Below, piece after piece: positions 26,170 to 39,737 of a stretch of DNA of 64,000 bases. Origin of the DNA: Somniosus microcephalus (lineage: Eukaryota); NCBI GenBank assembly GCA_052327205.1, contig CM126210.1:24924001-24988000 (forward strand), given 5' to 3'. Below the pieces are notes generated by a model that worked only from the letters and a program-made list of their open reading frames with translations, was not told the DNA's origin and did no database searches. A program made the position numbers and the translations under genes. Numbering within the stretch: position 1 is the first letter of the stretch; each line of letters opens with the position of its first letter.

Positions 26170-26900
26170 CACCCAGGTAACGTTGACCTCGGCCCTTACC
26201 TCATCTCCTTCATCAGTGAACCCCTCATTCATGCTAGTTATCTCCAGTCTTGATTTCCCTGATGCTTTCTACACCGGTTCCATCCTTCATCAGCTCCAGC
26301 TGAACCAAAACAACACCAGCTGTAGTCTATTTTCCACTGAGTCTTAATCCCCCATCACCCAGGCCTCTCTAACATCCACTGGTTCCCATCTTCTAAAGCA
26401 CTGAATTCAAATTCCTAGTTTATTGAACAACAGCAAAATACTGCAGATGTTGGAAATCTGAAATAAAAACAGAAAATGCTGGAAACACTCAGGTCAGGCA
26501 GCATCTGTGGAGAGAGAAAGATTTAACATTTTGCGTCATTGACTTAATTTTATCTCTTGTTTATTAATCCATCCACGGCCTTGGCCCTCCCTACCTCTGC
26601 AATCTCCTGCAAGTTTACGTGCCAGTGCATGTCCTCTGCTCTTCCAATTCTTGCTTCCTTGGCATTCCCCCCCCCTCACCCGCCACCACCCCTCTGTTCT
26701 ACTTTAGGCGGCAAGCATACAGTCATCTTGGCCTTTTTTCTTTGCAATACTCACTTTCTCCCATCGAGAACAGCTATTTCATGAATCTTCAGTCATCTAC
26801 CTCGCATCTTCTACCAATGCTTTTTGTCTGCTTTCCCTGCTGTAGACAGTTTTGGGACATTTTACTACATTAAAGGCACTATACTGAATGCAAGTAGCAG
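26170..26900 (+). mobile_element. Decayed L2 3' region with Penelope pLTR fragment inserted at about 26430-26545
   Basis: L2 tail tttgggacattttactacattaaaggcactata. Insert cagcaaaatactgcagatgttggaaatctg. Confidence 0.7.
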
Positions 26901-27852
26901 TTAATGCAAATCACACTTGCAGTCAATATGCAATATTCACCCGCTTTGACAATTGTTTATAGCTAAAACTGTTCAGGCAATATTGGAGTATTTCCTGTTA
27001 AACAAGAATACTTTTCATTCTTTGCAATCAAACATTGTGCACCTCTGAACTCCTAGCATGCTAAAAGGTTCCTCCTCCTATGGAACAACAGGATGTTTTG
27101 CGATTGTATATCTCATTATGAAATTGTGTCTGCAATTCAGGAAGAATGGATAATCAGGCAAAATATGCAGATCAAAAGTTGCTTTCCCATAAGCCGTTAA
27201 TAAAACAGGACCTAAATACCTTTAAGAAAAAAACTTAAATCATCAACACATTAAAGAAAGGAAACCTTGATGCATGTAATTAGTAATGGTTATGAGTCAC
27301 TATACTGTACTCTTCTTTCTCATATCCACAGTATGGTAAACACACTTGGAGCCAATAATCTTGTGCCCACTGTGGCTCTTAGTCTTCGAAGCTTAATTTG
27401 GCAAATCTTTACAAAAATGCACTCATTTTCAATTGAAACTTAAATTAATAAAAGAGTGCCACAATAGCGGTGTAAACTTAGCAGCTATTGTGGTAGCGAG
27501 TCTACCAGATCAGGAAGCTCCCAGGTTCAATCCCAGGTCTGTGATAAGGTAGCTGATTGTAGCAGGGACAAGGGTAGCGCACCAGAATTAGCCTCGGTGC
27601 GACAGGGCTAAGGAGGTAAACAAAATCAAAGGACTCCTGATCATTATCCAAAAACTACAGTTAGGCAATGCATATACAGGCACTGAGCAAGGACAGATGT
27701 GATAATCCTGCTCCCTCTCTGTCTGGGCTGCTGGTATTATGTCTAGCTTCACATATGAAAAGTGGTCACTTGGATGAGGTGCTCAAAGGCTATTAGTGCC
27801 TGTACAAATGTATCCCAGCATGAGTTGGTGCCTTTAGTAGAGGAGAGAAGTA

Positions 27853-28160
27853 AGGGACTGGGTACCACAGTGGGTTAGGCAATGGCCTTTCGACAACGTG
27901 AACTCAAATCCAGCCTAGACTGGCGAGGTAAAACTCTCCTCTGGGTGCGAGCTTCTGATGAATTTAGGAAATCTCTACAAGATTCCAGTGGGTGGTATTA
28001 AGTGGCAATCTCACTCAAAGGTCTAATTGCGGGAGAAATTGATCAATTACACTGGTGCTGAGGTTGGTGTAAAGATACTCGATTGCTGGCTGTACTGTGC
28101 CTGGGAGTGTTTGATGTTGACATTGGATAATTAATAGGGGGAGAAAATGCCCAGCTCCCA
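27853..28160 (+). mobile_element. LF-SINE-like element, degenerate copy
   Basis: Head gggactgg...gcctttc...tcaaatccagcctag, then tggcaatctcactc and tail cctgggagtgtttgat, as in the 34360 copy. Confidence 0.45.
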
Positions 28161-29371
28161 AGCACCGACATGCTTTTAAATTTAAAACAGATGCTGGAAA
28201 TACATTGTGTTTGAAAAAAGAAACGTTGGTGCCTTGAGTGTGACCCTTCATCAGAATTGATCAGAATCACCTTAACAGAAAGAGGCGCACATATGCAGTT
28301 GCTTTGAGGAGTCTGCAACCAGAGAGGCAGACTAGCAAACATTCCAGAGGCTAACAAGAGGTTAAAGAGATGTTTTGTGAAATCTGAAATGCCTTCTGTT
28401 ATGGGAACAAATGGTTACATGGAAAAATATATCCTCGAAGTCCAGTGCGTCAACGATATGAAATTAAGTGACTGTACGTTATGCAAATTTTTGCAAATGT
28501 AAGAGACCCATAAATCATGAGGAGCGCAGACAGAAATGAGTTATGACAGGCTTTTTTACCAGGGAAAGAACTCATAAGGTATCCGTGGTTCAATATTCTT
28601 TTGTATGATTATATTTTACAAGTTTTATAGTGTAAGCCAATAACTGATAACTCCTCTCGATCACCACATTTTAAGGCTGCAGTATTATCACTGGCACCCA
28701 CAGAAAATGCTTTTTCTTTTGGGAAAAAAAACAAAACCTTATTGCCACAGAATTTTGTTTCCTCATTTTTAAATGCTTTCCCATGATATGTTGACCCAAG
28801 GACAATCAAATTACCCAAAAATGGTCAATGACTTTACCAGCTGAAGTGCACAAAGTCAAACTCTGATTTTAAATTTCCCTATTAAAAAAAAAACCCAGTT
28901 ATTCAAAAACAAACCCCACATGTCATGGTCCAGATTATGGTTTATAAGCAAACATGAAAGGTCATGCACCACCCAACAAACGAGTGTTTTCAATCCTCAG
29001 AACGCTGTAGATCATTGCTCCATAAATAAGTATTGGAGAAATTATAAAAGCAACTGTTTTACACTTATTTTTCATTACCAATACACAAGTATGTAAGTTA
29101 ATTGACAGCAGCGTGGCTTACTGAACAGACACCTATAAAAATTTAGATTAAAAAATGAAAGTGCTTCAGCTACATTTGAAAACTGTGGTAGTGTGCTCAA
29201 TGCACCAATATACAACTTCAGACACTGCAATATTGTGTAATAGTTTGGCTAGACTGAAAAGTTGAAAGACAGTTAAAATATAATTTCTTGGACATTTCAC
29301 GGTACAAGGTTGCTTCTGAAGAATGCATCTAACAAGAGTCCCAGTGAAGCTATTACATCACCACTGGGCTC

Positions 29372-30480
29372 ATAAGAACATAGGAACAGGAGTGGGCCAT
29401 TCAGCCCCTCAAGCCTGTTCCATTATTCAATGAGATCATGGCTGATCTGTATCCTAATTCCAGTCACCTGCCTTGGGTCCCTATCCCTTGATACACTTGG
29501 CTGGCTAGCAAAAATCTGTCATTCTCAGATATAAAATTATTAATTGAGCTAGTATCTCCTGATCTTTATGGGAGAGATTTCCACATTTCTACCACCCTTT
29601 GTGTGAAGAAATGTTTCCCAACTTCTCTCCTGAATGGCCTGGCTCTGATTTTAAGGTTATGTTACCTTGTCCAAGGCTCTTGCACCAGTGGTACAAGTTT
29701 CTCTATTTACCTACCCTATCAATTCCTTTCAAAATCCTAAATACTGAATCAGGTCACTAATTTGCCTTCAATTCCATGATCTTTAATTTTAGCAAACAGT
29801 CTCTTAAATGAAACCTTATAGAATGCCTTCTGGAAGTCCATATAAACTACATCCATAGACATACCCCTGTCTACTACTTTAGTTACTTCCTCAAAAAATT
29901 CAGTCAGTCAGTCACTTTGTCCTTAATTATAGATTCCAATAACTTCCCTACAACAGATGTTAGACTAATATCTCTATAATTTCCCCCAGTGAGACTAATG
30001 AAATATTACAAGCTAGCCTTCTATACACCAAGACACGCAAAGACCATGTACAATGTTCAATACCATGGACTCTACCTGCACCTATGAAAAGGACAAGGTA
30101 AGTATTTGCCCTTAAACTGAAGCTATGGGTTCAGTTCTTAATAGTTTTATTTCTATACCTCACCTAATTTAAACAGCAGCTTATCTGTAGAGCTCCAGAT
30201 TCATTATTTTCAGGAAGACAGATTATCTTGAGTGTTAACAAATATCATCTACATTTTAGAAGTGGTTTCTCGCTCTCCCATTTTTCTTCAATAATGGAGT
30301 TACACTTGCAATTTTCCAGTCTAAAGGGACAATTTCTGAATTGAGAGTTTTGGAGGATTATGGCTAAAGTAGCTGCAATTTCCTCACCTATTTCCTTTAA
30401 AACCCTGGGGCGGAAACCATCCGGTCCTGGGGATGTCAGTTTTTAGTGCCATTGTTTTTTCCAATACTGTTTTCTTGCCT
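29372..30480 (-). mobile_element. CR1 fragment with internal deletions
   Basis: Tail cataagaacataggaacaggagtgggccattcagccc and RT remnant [10 protein letters not shown] on the minus strand. Confidence 0.85.
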
Positions 30481-32554
30481 ACTTTAAAAAGTAGGGGAAA
30501 ATTCATTACATTCTTCTGCAGTCTTTGAATTGGAGGCATGCTTTTCTATTATCTTTGAATACATAAATCTCTTTCAAAAACTGCAAAACAGAAACATAAC
30601 TCAAAATTTTATGTAAAAAACACGATCAATTCAGAGGAATTTCAGTGGAAGGATGAATGGGCTAAACGCTTAACTACATAGAATTACACAGAATTTACAC
30701 AGAAACAGGCTATTCAATGTCGGTGTTTATGCTCCACATGAGCCTCCTTCCACTCTATTTACTTCATCTCACCTATCAACATATCCTTCTGTTCCTTTCT
30801 CCCTCATGTACTTCTCTAGCTTCCCCTTAATTGCATCTTTGCTATTCACCTCAACCACTCCATGTGGCAGCTGTTAAGTTCATTTCAAATAATTTGGAAG
30901 ATTGAAGTTACTCTACTTTTCAATTAATGATCCAACTGGCTTGCTGTTCATGTGTTTAAAGCATATGCTAGGTTCCATACAATGCATAATTTTAAGTATA
31001 ATAAAAGTTATCAGCGCCAACAACAAATTTGAAGATAAGTATAATCTAAGCAACTGCATTCTTTCTGCTGGGAAGAAATACACAACGATCCCCTGAAGCA
31101 CAAACTCTGGGATTGAGAGTGCATTTAAAACACTGCTTCACACAGATAAACTGGCAGTGTAAACTCAGTCAGCATCTGACCTGACTCCACAACAAAGTGG
31201 AGAAAGACTTCCAGGAGGGGGTAGCCTCACACTGCTTCAGTTTGACACCACATGGAATGTAATCCCGTGCAGTGTCAAAATTGGCTTACAAAGTACTCAT
31301 AGGTTCACTTCGTAAACCTACCAGACCATAATTTAAACATTTATCAAGCAAGGACTCCCCCCTATCTGCTTTCTAAACATTTATAATTTCTAACTTTTGA
31401 GTGACAGCTCTGCACATGCATGCATCCAAGTATGTGCAGAGCTCTCTTTAAACAAGGCAGTTCAAAGTTTCAGCTAGGCAGGAGCCAAGAAACAAACAGG
31501 GATTTCAGCCTGGCCGGACAAATCCCACACCAGTCGCTGCAGTGTTAATGCTGCAGAGACTACCTAGTTTCAGAGTATTGCATTTTACGTAAAAGCATTC
31601 GTTGAGTTTTTCTGCCTTCAAGGAAAAACATAAGGGCATCTCTCCTGATTTAGAAAGTATTGGACAGGAGCGGCTATAAAATGCAGATTTCAAAGCTACA
31701 AAATCTTGGGATTTTTAAGCTGTTGCTGCGCCCATTAACTGTTCGACGACACTACAGCATTGTTAAAAATTGTGTATCCTCGTTTATAATCTGTTCGACC
31801 TAGTGTTCCCACCAGGCTCAAATTTGCTTTGCTTCATGGTTTCTATTTTTGTCCTTTATCTTGAATGCAATAAAGCACTTTTTTATTCTAATATCTCATC
31901 AAACAAAATTGTTAGCAAGTCAAAATCGAACATAGCCAAAAATAACCGTATGTTAAAATTGCGTAAATCTACTGCATGCTGTAAATCTTGACACTCAATT
32001 TCTTAATGTCTTCATTCGTAACAGTTCTGTACTGTAGGCATCTTAACTAAATTGATCACACATAACAAGTAACTTGCTGTAAAGTAACTTGACTAGGCAA
32101 CTATTCATGATTATTTTTTATGCATAAAAACAGGCATTAATCTAAATCCTTTAACATGATTACAACATCATATTTTCAGATACTCTGCATGTCAAAGGGG
32201 GGCACCTTAGTGCAAGTTAAGTATAAACAATGACTCAAGTGTAGGTACACGTCTCTGCCCTACTGTACTACATTTTGATTAAGTACTCAAAATTTTGTTT
32301 GGTGACATTAGAATAAAAGAGCATCACTGAGGTAATTTTAAAAAAAATTACATTTCTGGGGTTCCATGGGGACCTCCAGGTAGAGTCTTTTAACCGTAGA
32401 AATGCTGAAATAAGTGATGATTTGACTTCTGTTCCACATGTATGTTTATCACTGGCATTTCTAAAGATTTATGATCCAATTCTAAAACATTTATTTCCTT
32501 CTACGTCTCACCAATCCCCACTGAAATCTTGGAAGAAGGGAAAAAAAACTATTC

Positions 32555-34035
32555 AATGATGGAGTCTCCTGTCGAGTCAATGGGTGAGTCTCGGTTGTGT
32601 GGGCGCGCTGATGAGAGAAGAGCCCACTCCTGGACGCACATATATGGTCGAACATAGCGCAATGGAAGCCAAACGAGTTGCCTTGTGTGCCAGGCGCTTG
32701 GCAGCTAGATCTTGCAACTTGACAACCTCAAATTCATTCAAACTGACCCAGCAGATGTGATGCAATAGTGATCTATCAGTAGCTGAGTCTTCCCAGGGGT
32801 CAGGATTAATAGTGCAAGATTTTAATGGTGACTTTGGGGATTCTACAATCAAGTTTGCAAATGACAAGTCCAGACCAACATGCTTGGACCTTTTTGATTG
32901 TGGCCTCAAGTCCAGTTATATTGCAGCGCTTGAGGACAGTGTTAGGCACCCTGTCATGCCAGCGATACATCATAGACAGCACAGTGGAAATGGTTGATGC
33001 ACTATCAATTGCTACAAAAGACTGGAGATTGAGAAAGTAATAAACAGGCTTTTATTACCAAAGAACAGAGCATGCCTCTTGTGGTTGCCTGGTACCCAAA
33101 AGGGCCGGAGGCTTCTGAGCAGCGACCTTTATACCCAGCCATGAGGGTGGAGCCAGGGGCGGAGTCAGCTGAGGCATGCACAGACAAGTACAACAATATG
33201 CAAGAGTGAACAACAGTACTGTTGTTCACTGTTAGTACTAACAACAGTGGTGAACAACAATACTAACAACAGTGGTTTACCACAATGGTCAAGTTGCTTA
33301 ATGTGATGGCAGCAGCAGATTCACGACTCCAATCCATACAGTAGGGTGGTGCGGACAACAACTTGGTATATAGCGATGTCTGTTAGCAAAGTAACCCTTC
33401 ATTCCTGCCAGATCTGCAGCAGCATTTGCTAAAGGCTGAACTAGCCCTGCCAAATCGGTGGGTTTGATTAGGGCGTTCTGTTGTAGAACACTGTAATTGA
33501 CGTTGTCCTTCATTATGGCATTCTGCGAAAGAACGCTATCCAAGTAGCAGAATTTGTCCATAACCTTGGGTGGTACAATGACCAGGTATGGGCTGGACCA
33601 TGACTTCAGTCTTCACCAGCATTTTCTGTTTTTATTTCCGTCTTTTTCAAGTTGATTGTAAGGCAAAAATGCTCTGTTGCTCGACCAAAGCAGTCGGATA
33701 GCAGTAGGAAGTCCTCGAGTGTGTGGGTGAGTAATATGCAGTCATCAGCAAGAGCACGTCATCAACGTTTACCTGCATTACTTTCAAATTAGTTCTCAGC
33801 CAAAGGTTGAAGAGGCCACTGTTTGCATGATATTATTGAATATAGATTCCCCTGTCTCAGTTCTTGAAGGCCCGAGCAGTACCACAGCAAATAGTATGCT
33901 GAATAGGGTTGGGGCAAGAACACAACCTTTGTTTGATGCCGTTAGTAACTACAAATGGTGATGATATGTGACCCTGTTCTATTGCTCGGGCCATCATACC
34001 AACATGTAACTGCCGAACAATGTTCACAAATCTAA
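32555..34035 (-). mobile_element. Decayed RTE-clade LINE
   Basis: Minus-strand remnants in correct order: VTNGIKQ/GCVLAPTLFSI, LADDC, MDKFCYLDSVLS, PNTVLKRCNITGLEATIKKVQACWSG and the C-terminal FHCAMFDHICASRSGLFSHQRAH. Confidence 0.8.
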
Positions 34036-34359
34036 TGGCCTTTTTGCACTGACAACAAACATTTCAAAGAATGTATTGCTGACAAAGTGGATGCAGTGTA
34101 CAAGGAAATTCCCTTCCGCTACCTTACATTAGTGTGCCTGCAAATTAAAATGCTCTAGACATAGCACCCCTCTTGGAGCCTTATAAATAAGATTTAAAAC
34201 AAGAGAGGAAAGAAAATCAATTGTGGAGGACAGGGTAGATGTGCACTAGTATTTATACCAATCCCTACACTAAATGTGTCCTTTAAGTGTCTTTAGGGCC
34301 TGACAGTTACTGGATTTGAAATAAAATGCTAAAAGTCTCTACAAAACAGCTTGGTTGAT

Positions 34360-34770
34360 GTTGCACTGAATTAGACACTAGAATTTCACCTCTGGAAGCT
34401 TAATTTAAATGCAACCCAGATTGATGGGATTCAAGTCTCTCAGGTTCCTATATGAAATAAGCTTAACAATCTCAATCAAGTCCCTATTGGGCATGGGCCT
34501 ACAGCACAAAACTGTTCCTAATTTGGCACTAATTGGCAATCTCATTCAGAGAGGTCGTGGGATGGCAAATTTAAAAAACTGTCACACTGATGCAGTAGTG
34601 GGCCCTCTTAAGTTGGGGCTGTGGCATGTTATTCGAATAGAGGGAGCTTTACTCAGCATCTAGCTGTGCTGTATTTAACCTGGGAGTGCTTGATACCGAC
34701 ACCGGGGGTGCCTGAAAGGGAGAAACTTCCATTCCCCAGCGTGAACATCACTCACCTTGATCCCATTCAC
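34360..34770 (+). mobile_element. LF-SINE-like element
   Basis: Colinear blocks tttcacctct, cctatatgaaataag, tctcaatcaagtccctattgggca, cacaaaac, ttggcactaattggca and tctcattcagagagg match the LF-SINE consensus as I recall it. Confidence 0.7.
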
Positions 34771-36216
34771 AGGCTTCTAAAGACCTGCAGGAGCCCAAAA
34801 CATCCCAGAGTACAGAAACACTAACGGGCTGGAGGGAGGTCTCCATCATACCTGAAGAGACCCTTTGGATGTCGGTTCTCTCTCTACTACAGTGAAGCAG
34901 TGAACTCCCAGAGCTTCTTGTTGCAAGTGGTTTTAAGATATTTCAGTAGAAAGGAGTCACCAAAAATAGATCAGCTTCTCCACGGACCATGTTTTCCAGC
35001 AGCTTGTTGACAGGCTTTGCACTGCACCAGAACTACTTTGATATTCTTCCAAAATGCAGCTCAAGCCAATTCCATCTGAACTATCCCTATAACAGAACTC
35101 CACTGCAGACACAGCACCTCCCTCTGCTCTGTAACAGAAAGAGAGTCTGGGTCTAGTAGGCCTGACCCATCCACTAACAAGACAGTAATGGCAGAGGACA
35201 TGGAAAATAACTGCAGCAACTTCTACCTGCAGCGGTTGAAGAAAGTACCAATTCAAAAACCTGCACTAAACGCACCTCACAAATATCCACCTTCAGCTCA
35301 CAGATCAATGCCGCCCACACACGGCCAAATTTCAAGCCATTCTGGATGAAAATCTTGGAGGCTACTGGGGCCACAGCAGATTCATCAACCTCAGATCCCA
35401 TACCATGCTTTCTTGTAATGTATCCTATAATAAAACAAGAAAACTGGATCATTTATAAAGAGCATTTAAATCATCCCTGTACATCTTCAAGTAGGACTGC
35501 AACCCTGAGATGGCGCACCTTGTCTTGAAACAGCACTCCATCTACCACTTCGACCAGATAGTTGAAAGAAATCACCCAACTAAGCCAAGTAAGTTGGAGT
35601 GAAAAATGGATCTCAATCTGAAAAGTGACTGGCTTAGACCCACTGTATGCTAACATAGCCTTTTCAGGTTTACATTATTAAAACTTTTATTACAGAGGTG
35701 TTTAGACCGGTCGTCGCAATTTTAAAAATGAGTGTTCCACGTATTTTCTTTACTGTTATATATGCAACAGCTTTCGTTTTTCCTTATGCTCTATACATTA
35801 CACTTGAAGCGACGGAAACTGAATTCCTTATTATTCAGCAAGATGAAGGTTAATGCACTTAGAGAGATTTATGAAAGCTTAAGAGAAATGATGCACACTG
35901 TAAAACAGACCAAAGGAAAGTCAAACATAGCATGCCCATACTTAATATTTCTGTGCACGTACTGCCCAGGTCAGACATCGTCAATAATAATTCTAACTCA
36001 ACAATTGTGTGTAATGAATGATCAGAATGAATTCAAAAGTACTGATGTTTGCAATAACATTCTAAGGAATCGGTACAGATGTTTCTTTGCCCCTTAAAAG
36101 TCTTTCGTATTCAGTTGCAAGCAAGGATCAGGGCCATTAATACAACCATTTGTAGGCATTTCATTGTTGTGTAGATAGAACTGAAACCTCCAGAGACACA
36201 AGTATAAAGAGACATT

Positions 36217-37059
36217 GGGCTGGATTTAGTCAATGGAGGCGACTTGGAGACGGGTCTGCTGCTTGTCGTGTCAATGTCCTGCCTCCATCCTCGCCTGACC
36301 ATTCAAAGGGATTTTCCCCTGATTGAGCTTGTTAAGCCCGCCCGGCGGGCTCAGCAAGCCAATTAGGGAAGAAGTCACTGACGGAGCACGTCAACGTCAG
36401 ACGTGCTATCTGTCAAGACTTCTTGAAAGAAGAAATGACAGCATTTGATAGCTCTGTGAAGCTGTCAAACACTGACATTCTCTTGAGTTTGATTCGTTTT
36501 TGTGGTGAGGACTGAAAAAACATTGTAAAAAAGTAAATTTCAGATGTCTGATGGATCGGAGGGTCCATCAGCCATTACCTGAAATTGACAAGGTGGATGT
36601 CTGCTCTCCCGATCCAGCACGGCTAAAGGCTACAGAAGTTTAAAAAAAGTGAACACTTTTTTAAACTTATCACTCACCTTGCATACTTACCACTCCACAC
36701 TTGCACCCATCACTCACCTCTGCACCTTACTTCCAGGTGCCTCTGACCGCCGCAGACCTCCTTCACGTCTCCTCCAACCCGGCGGGGTTCTCTGAGGTCG
36801 GGAAGCCTTCACCGGAGAAGGTAAAATGGCACTAATCCTTTTTTCTGCCTGTTAACTACATGTTAACAGGCAGTTAACAGGATTAAAAGCCTTTCCCGCC
36901 TCCAGGAGACGGGACCCGAAGCTGCATATCCTCCCGCCTCCTGGCAAAAGGGCACGGAGGCGGGATGGGGGCAGGTTTGCCACCCGCCCCCAGTTTCTCC
37001 GATTTTACGTGCTGTCCCGCCTCCATGCCCGCCTCCTCGGGACTTGGAAAATCGAGCCC
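36217..37059. mobile_element. MITE, PIF/Harbinger-like, family B copy 2
   Basis: TIR gggctggattt / aaatcgagccc with ATT on both sides. Colinear with 20034-20860. Confidence 0.85.
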
Positions 37060-37899
37060 ATTACATTCAACATGTAAAGAACACAACAAACATGTACAAG
37101 CATAGCAGACAATAACAAAGTCATAAAGCTACAAGATTGACTTTTATTTCATCATCTTGTATAACATCCGTATAATAACATCCATATTGTTTACATAGGC
37201 AGCGTTGTCAAAAGTACTACCAAAGCTAACTTGGAGAACTTACTTTTTTCTCGTCATTTATTTGTATTTCTGCACATAGTAATATCTGGAACTAGTTGCA
37301 TAAACTCCTGGTCTTTGAGTACTGTATCCGAACTTCAGCTAGCTCGGAGGAAATCTTGTATTTTTTGCAACTTGGAAAACAAACTACTAATGGGGTATTT
37401 TGGCAATGAAATATGTATTTGGCCTAATAGAAATCAGGTGACGTTCCTCTTAATAAAAAAAAGTTTCCTCCGTTATTTATGACTTGTTATTGAAATCACA
37501 GGAATGCGTGGCTCTGAAATGTCCGATTTCTCAGAATGCAACTTGATTATTTGTCACAAGTCATGGAAGGCAACTGGCATTTTCCCTTGAAGAATCTCAC
37601 CCCCATTTTATCCCAAAACAAATATTAACGTTAACTTTTTTGCCCTTCCACCTCTCCCAAAGACAATGACTTAACTCTTACTAAAATAAGTTCTGAATTG
37701 GTACTTTTAAATACTCATTCTTTGGTGGAATTCCCTCAAATAGTTAACATTTGTTCCACATCGTTTTCCTCCCAAAGAAAATCCCTTGCAGTTCTTCAGG
37801 GTTTAATTGTTAAAGTGTGTAAGCATCAGCTTCACCAAAATCAGGCCATGTGAAAGGAACTCGTGGCACTGAATCAACTGAAATGACTCATTTTGCACT

Positions 37900-38312
37900 G
37901 TGTCAGCTGTGGCGCAGTTGGTAGCACACTCCAGGGACTAGAGCACATTAAAAAAAAAACTAGGCTGACACTGTGTGCAGTGCTGAGGGAGTGCTGCACG
38001 GTCGGAGGTGCCGTCTTTCGGATGAGACGTTAAACCGAGGCCCCGTCTGCTCTCTCTGGTGGACGTAAAAGGTCCCATGGCACTATTTCGAAGAAGAGCA
38101 GGAGAGTTATCCCTGGTGTCCTGGCTGATATTTATCCCTCAATCAACAGAACAAAAACAGTTTCTCTGGTCATTATCACATTGCTGTTTGTGAGAGCTGC
38201 CGCGTTTCCCACATTACAACAGTGACTACACTCCAAAAGTACTTCATTGGCTGTAAAGCGCTTTGAGACGTCGGGTGGTCGTGAAAGGCGCTATATAAAT
38301 GCAAGTCTTTTT
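37900..38312 (+). mobile_element. Deu-domain SINE (SacSINE1-like)
   Basis: ggaggtgccgtctttcggatgagacgttaaaccgagg core and the same tail as the 21084 copy. Confidence 0.9.
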
Positions 38313-39574
38313 TCCTGTGTGTTGATACAGGGTTGCATAAAAACCATGTCAGCCCCCTTCCCTCGTAGCTCAGTACATAAAGGCAATAAATGCTCAGCCG
38401 TACAAACAAGGAAGCTCCCTGGTCAGTGCTGAGTTAACTGCTAGGGCAGCAGTATTAAGCCATTTTCAGTAATTATGTTTAAAACTGGCTTCAGCGTCCC
38501 TGAATTACGGAAAGGGAAAGAAAATTAGCCAGGGTTCCCATTCCTGATCTGTATGCATCAGCCCCTACTGGAAGTGTCTGTGTGGACAATGAATTAGGAC
38601 AAAAATCAAGCTATTATCAATCAGTTGAATAGCCTGCCAATATTTACTGTCAAGGTTCACGCATTAATAATGGTCACTTGGGTGAGGTACCATGCGCCAA
38701 AGAAACAGCATCTTTAGAAGAGGGGACAAAAATCAAGCAAGGTCTCCACAGGCTACAAGTCTACCCTGCTGAAAACGATCAGCATAAAATCCCATTACCA
38801 GCTCAATGTTATCTAAAGAGTGCACGCTTACTGAAAAGCTACTTCCTGCTCAAGGGTTTTGACATAAACTAATGGCTTCTCACTACTCTTATCTTCATGC
38901 TTAATGCTTATGCACTGGTCTCTGAAATTTATCAATTAACTAGAGGGGGGGGGGGGGGGGCGGGAAATCAAAATGATCCCTCTCAATGTTTTCACAAGGA
39001 TAACTGCCAGAACTTTTTGCTGATTTGTTAAAACAATATTTTAAATATAATTACTGAAAATGACTTAATATGCTATTCACCCAAAATAAATAAAACTGCA
39101 CTTGCACATTTATTTTGATTTTGAATACAAAGTTAGAATTTCACTAGAATACAATAATAATGATACAAACTGAATTTTTCACAGCCAATCTAGACTGAGC
39201 AGATATAAAGTTAGAGAGAGTTCATTTCATATAAACATGGCGTTACCACAAATTCCACCACCAGTTACTTTTATAAACAGTTTACATGGAAATGAAGTCC
39301 TCATACTGATCTCTAACCTTTCAAGAACACTCCCATATTACATTACTGAGGATAATTCTAAAAAAAATTGTTCAAGGGAGAGATGATGTGTACTGGTCTG
39401 TGCAGGTGCAACATCTTATTGCTTCAAAGGTGACAACAAAGCACCCAATGGAACTATCCTCGAAATAAACACATATGCTAGCACCTTTTTGACTTTTCCT
39501 AATGGCCTATCAAATCCAGCTGGCAGTACTATCATATGACTTCCAAATTTAGAAGCTTAGCCATCTATTTCAAT

Positions 39575-39737
39575 GCAAGGTTAGATATATTTCTTAAGGC
39601 TAAAGGGATCAAGGGATATGGGGAGAAAGCAGGGACAGGGTACTGAGTTTGGATGATCAGCCATGATCTCATTAAATGGCGGAACAGGCTCGAGGGGCCG
39701 AATGGCCTACTCCTGCTCCTATCTTCTATGTTTCTAT
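39575..39737 (+). mobile_element. Young CR1 3' tail
   Basis: Nearly identical to the tails at 43450-43610 and 48500-48658. Confidence 0.9.
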
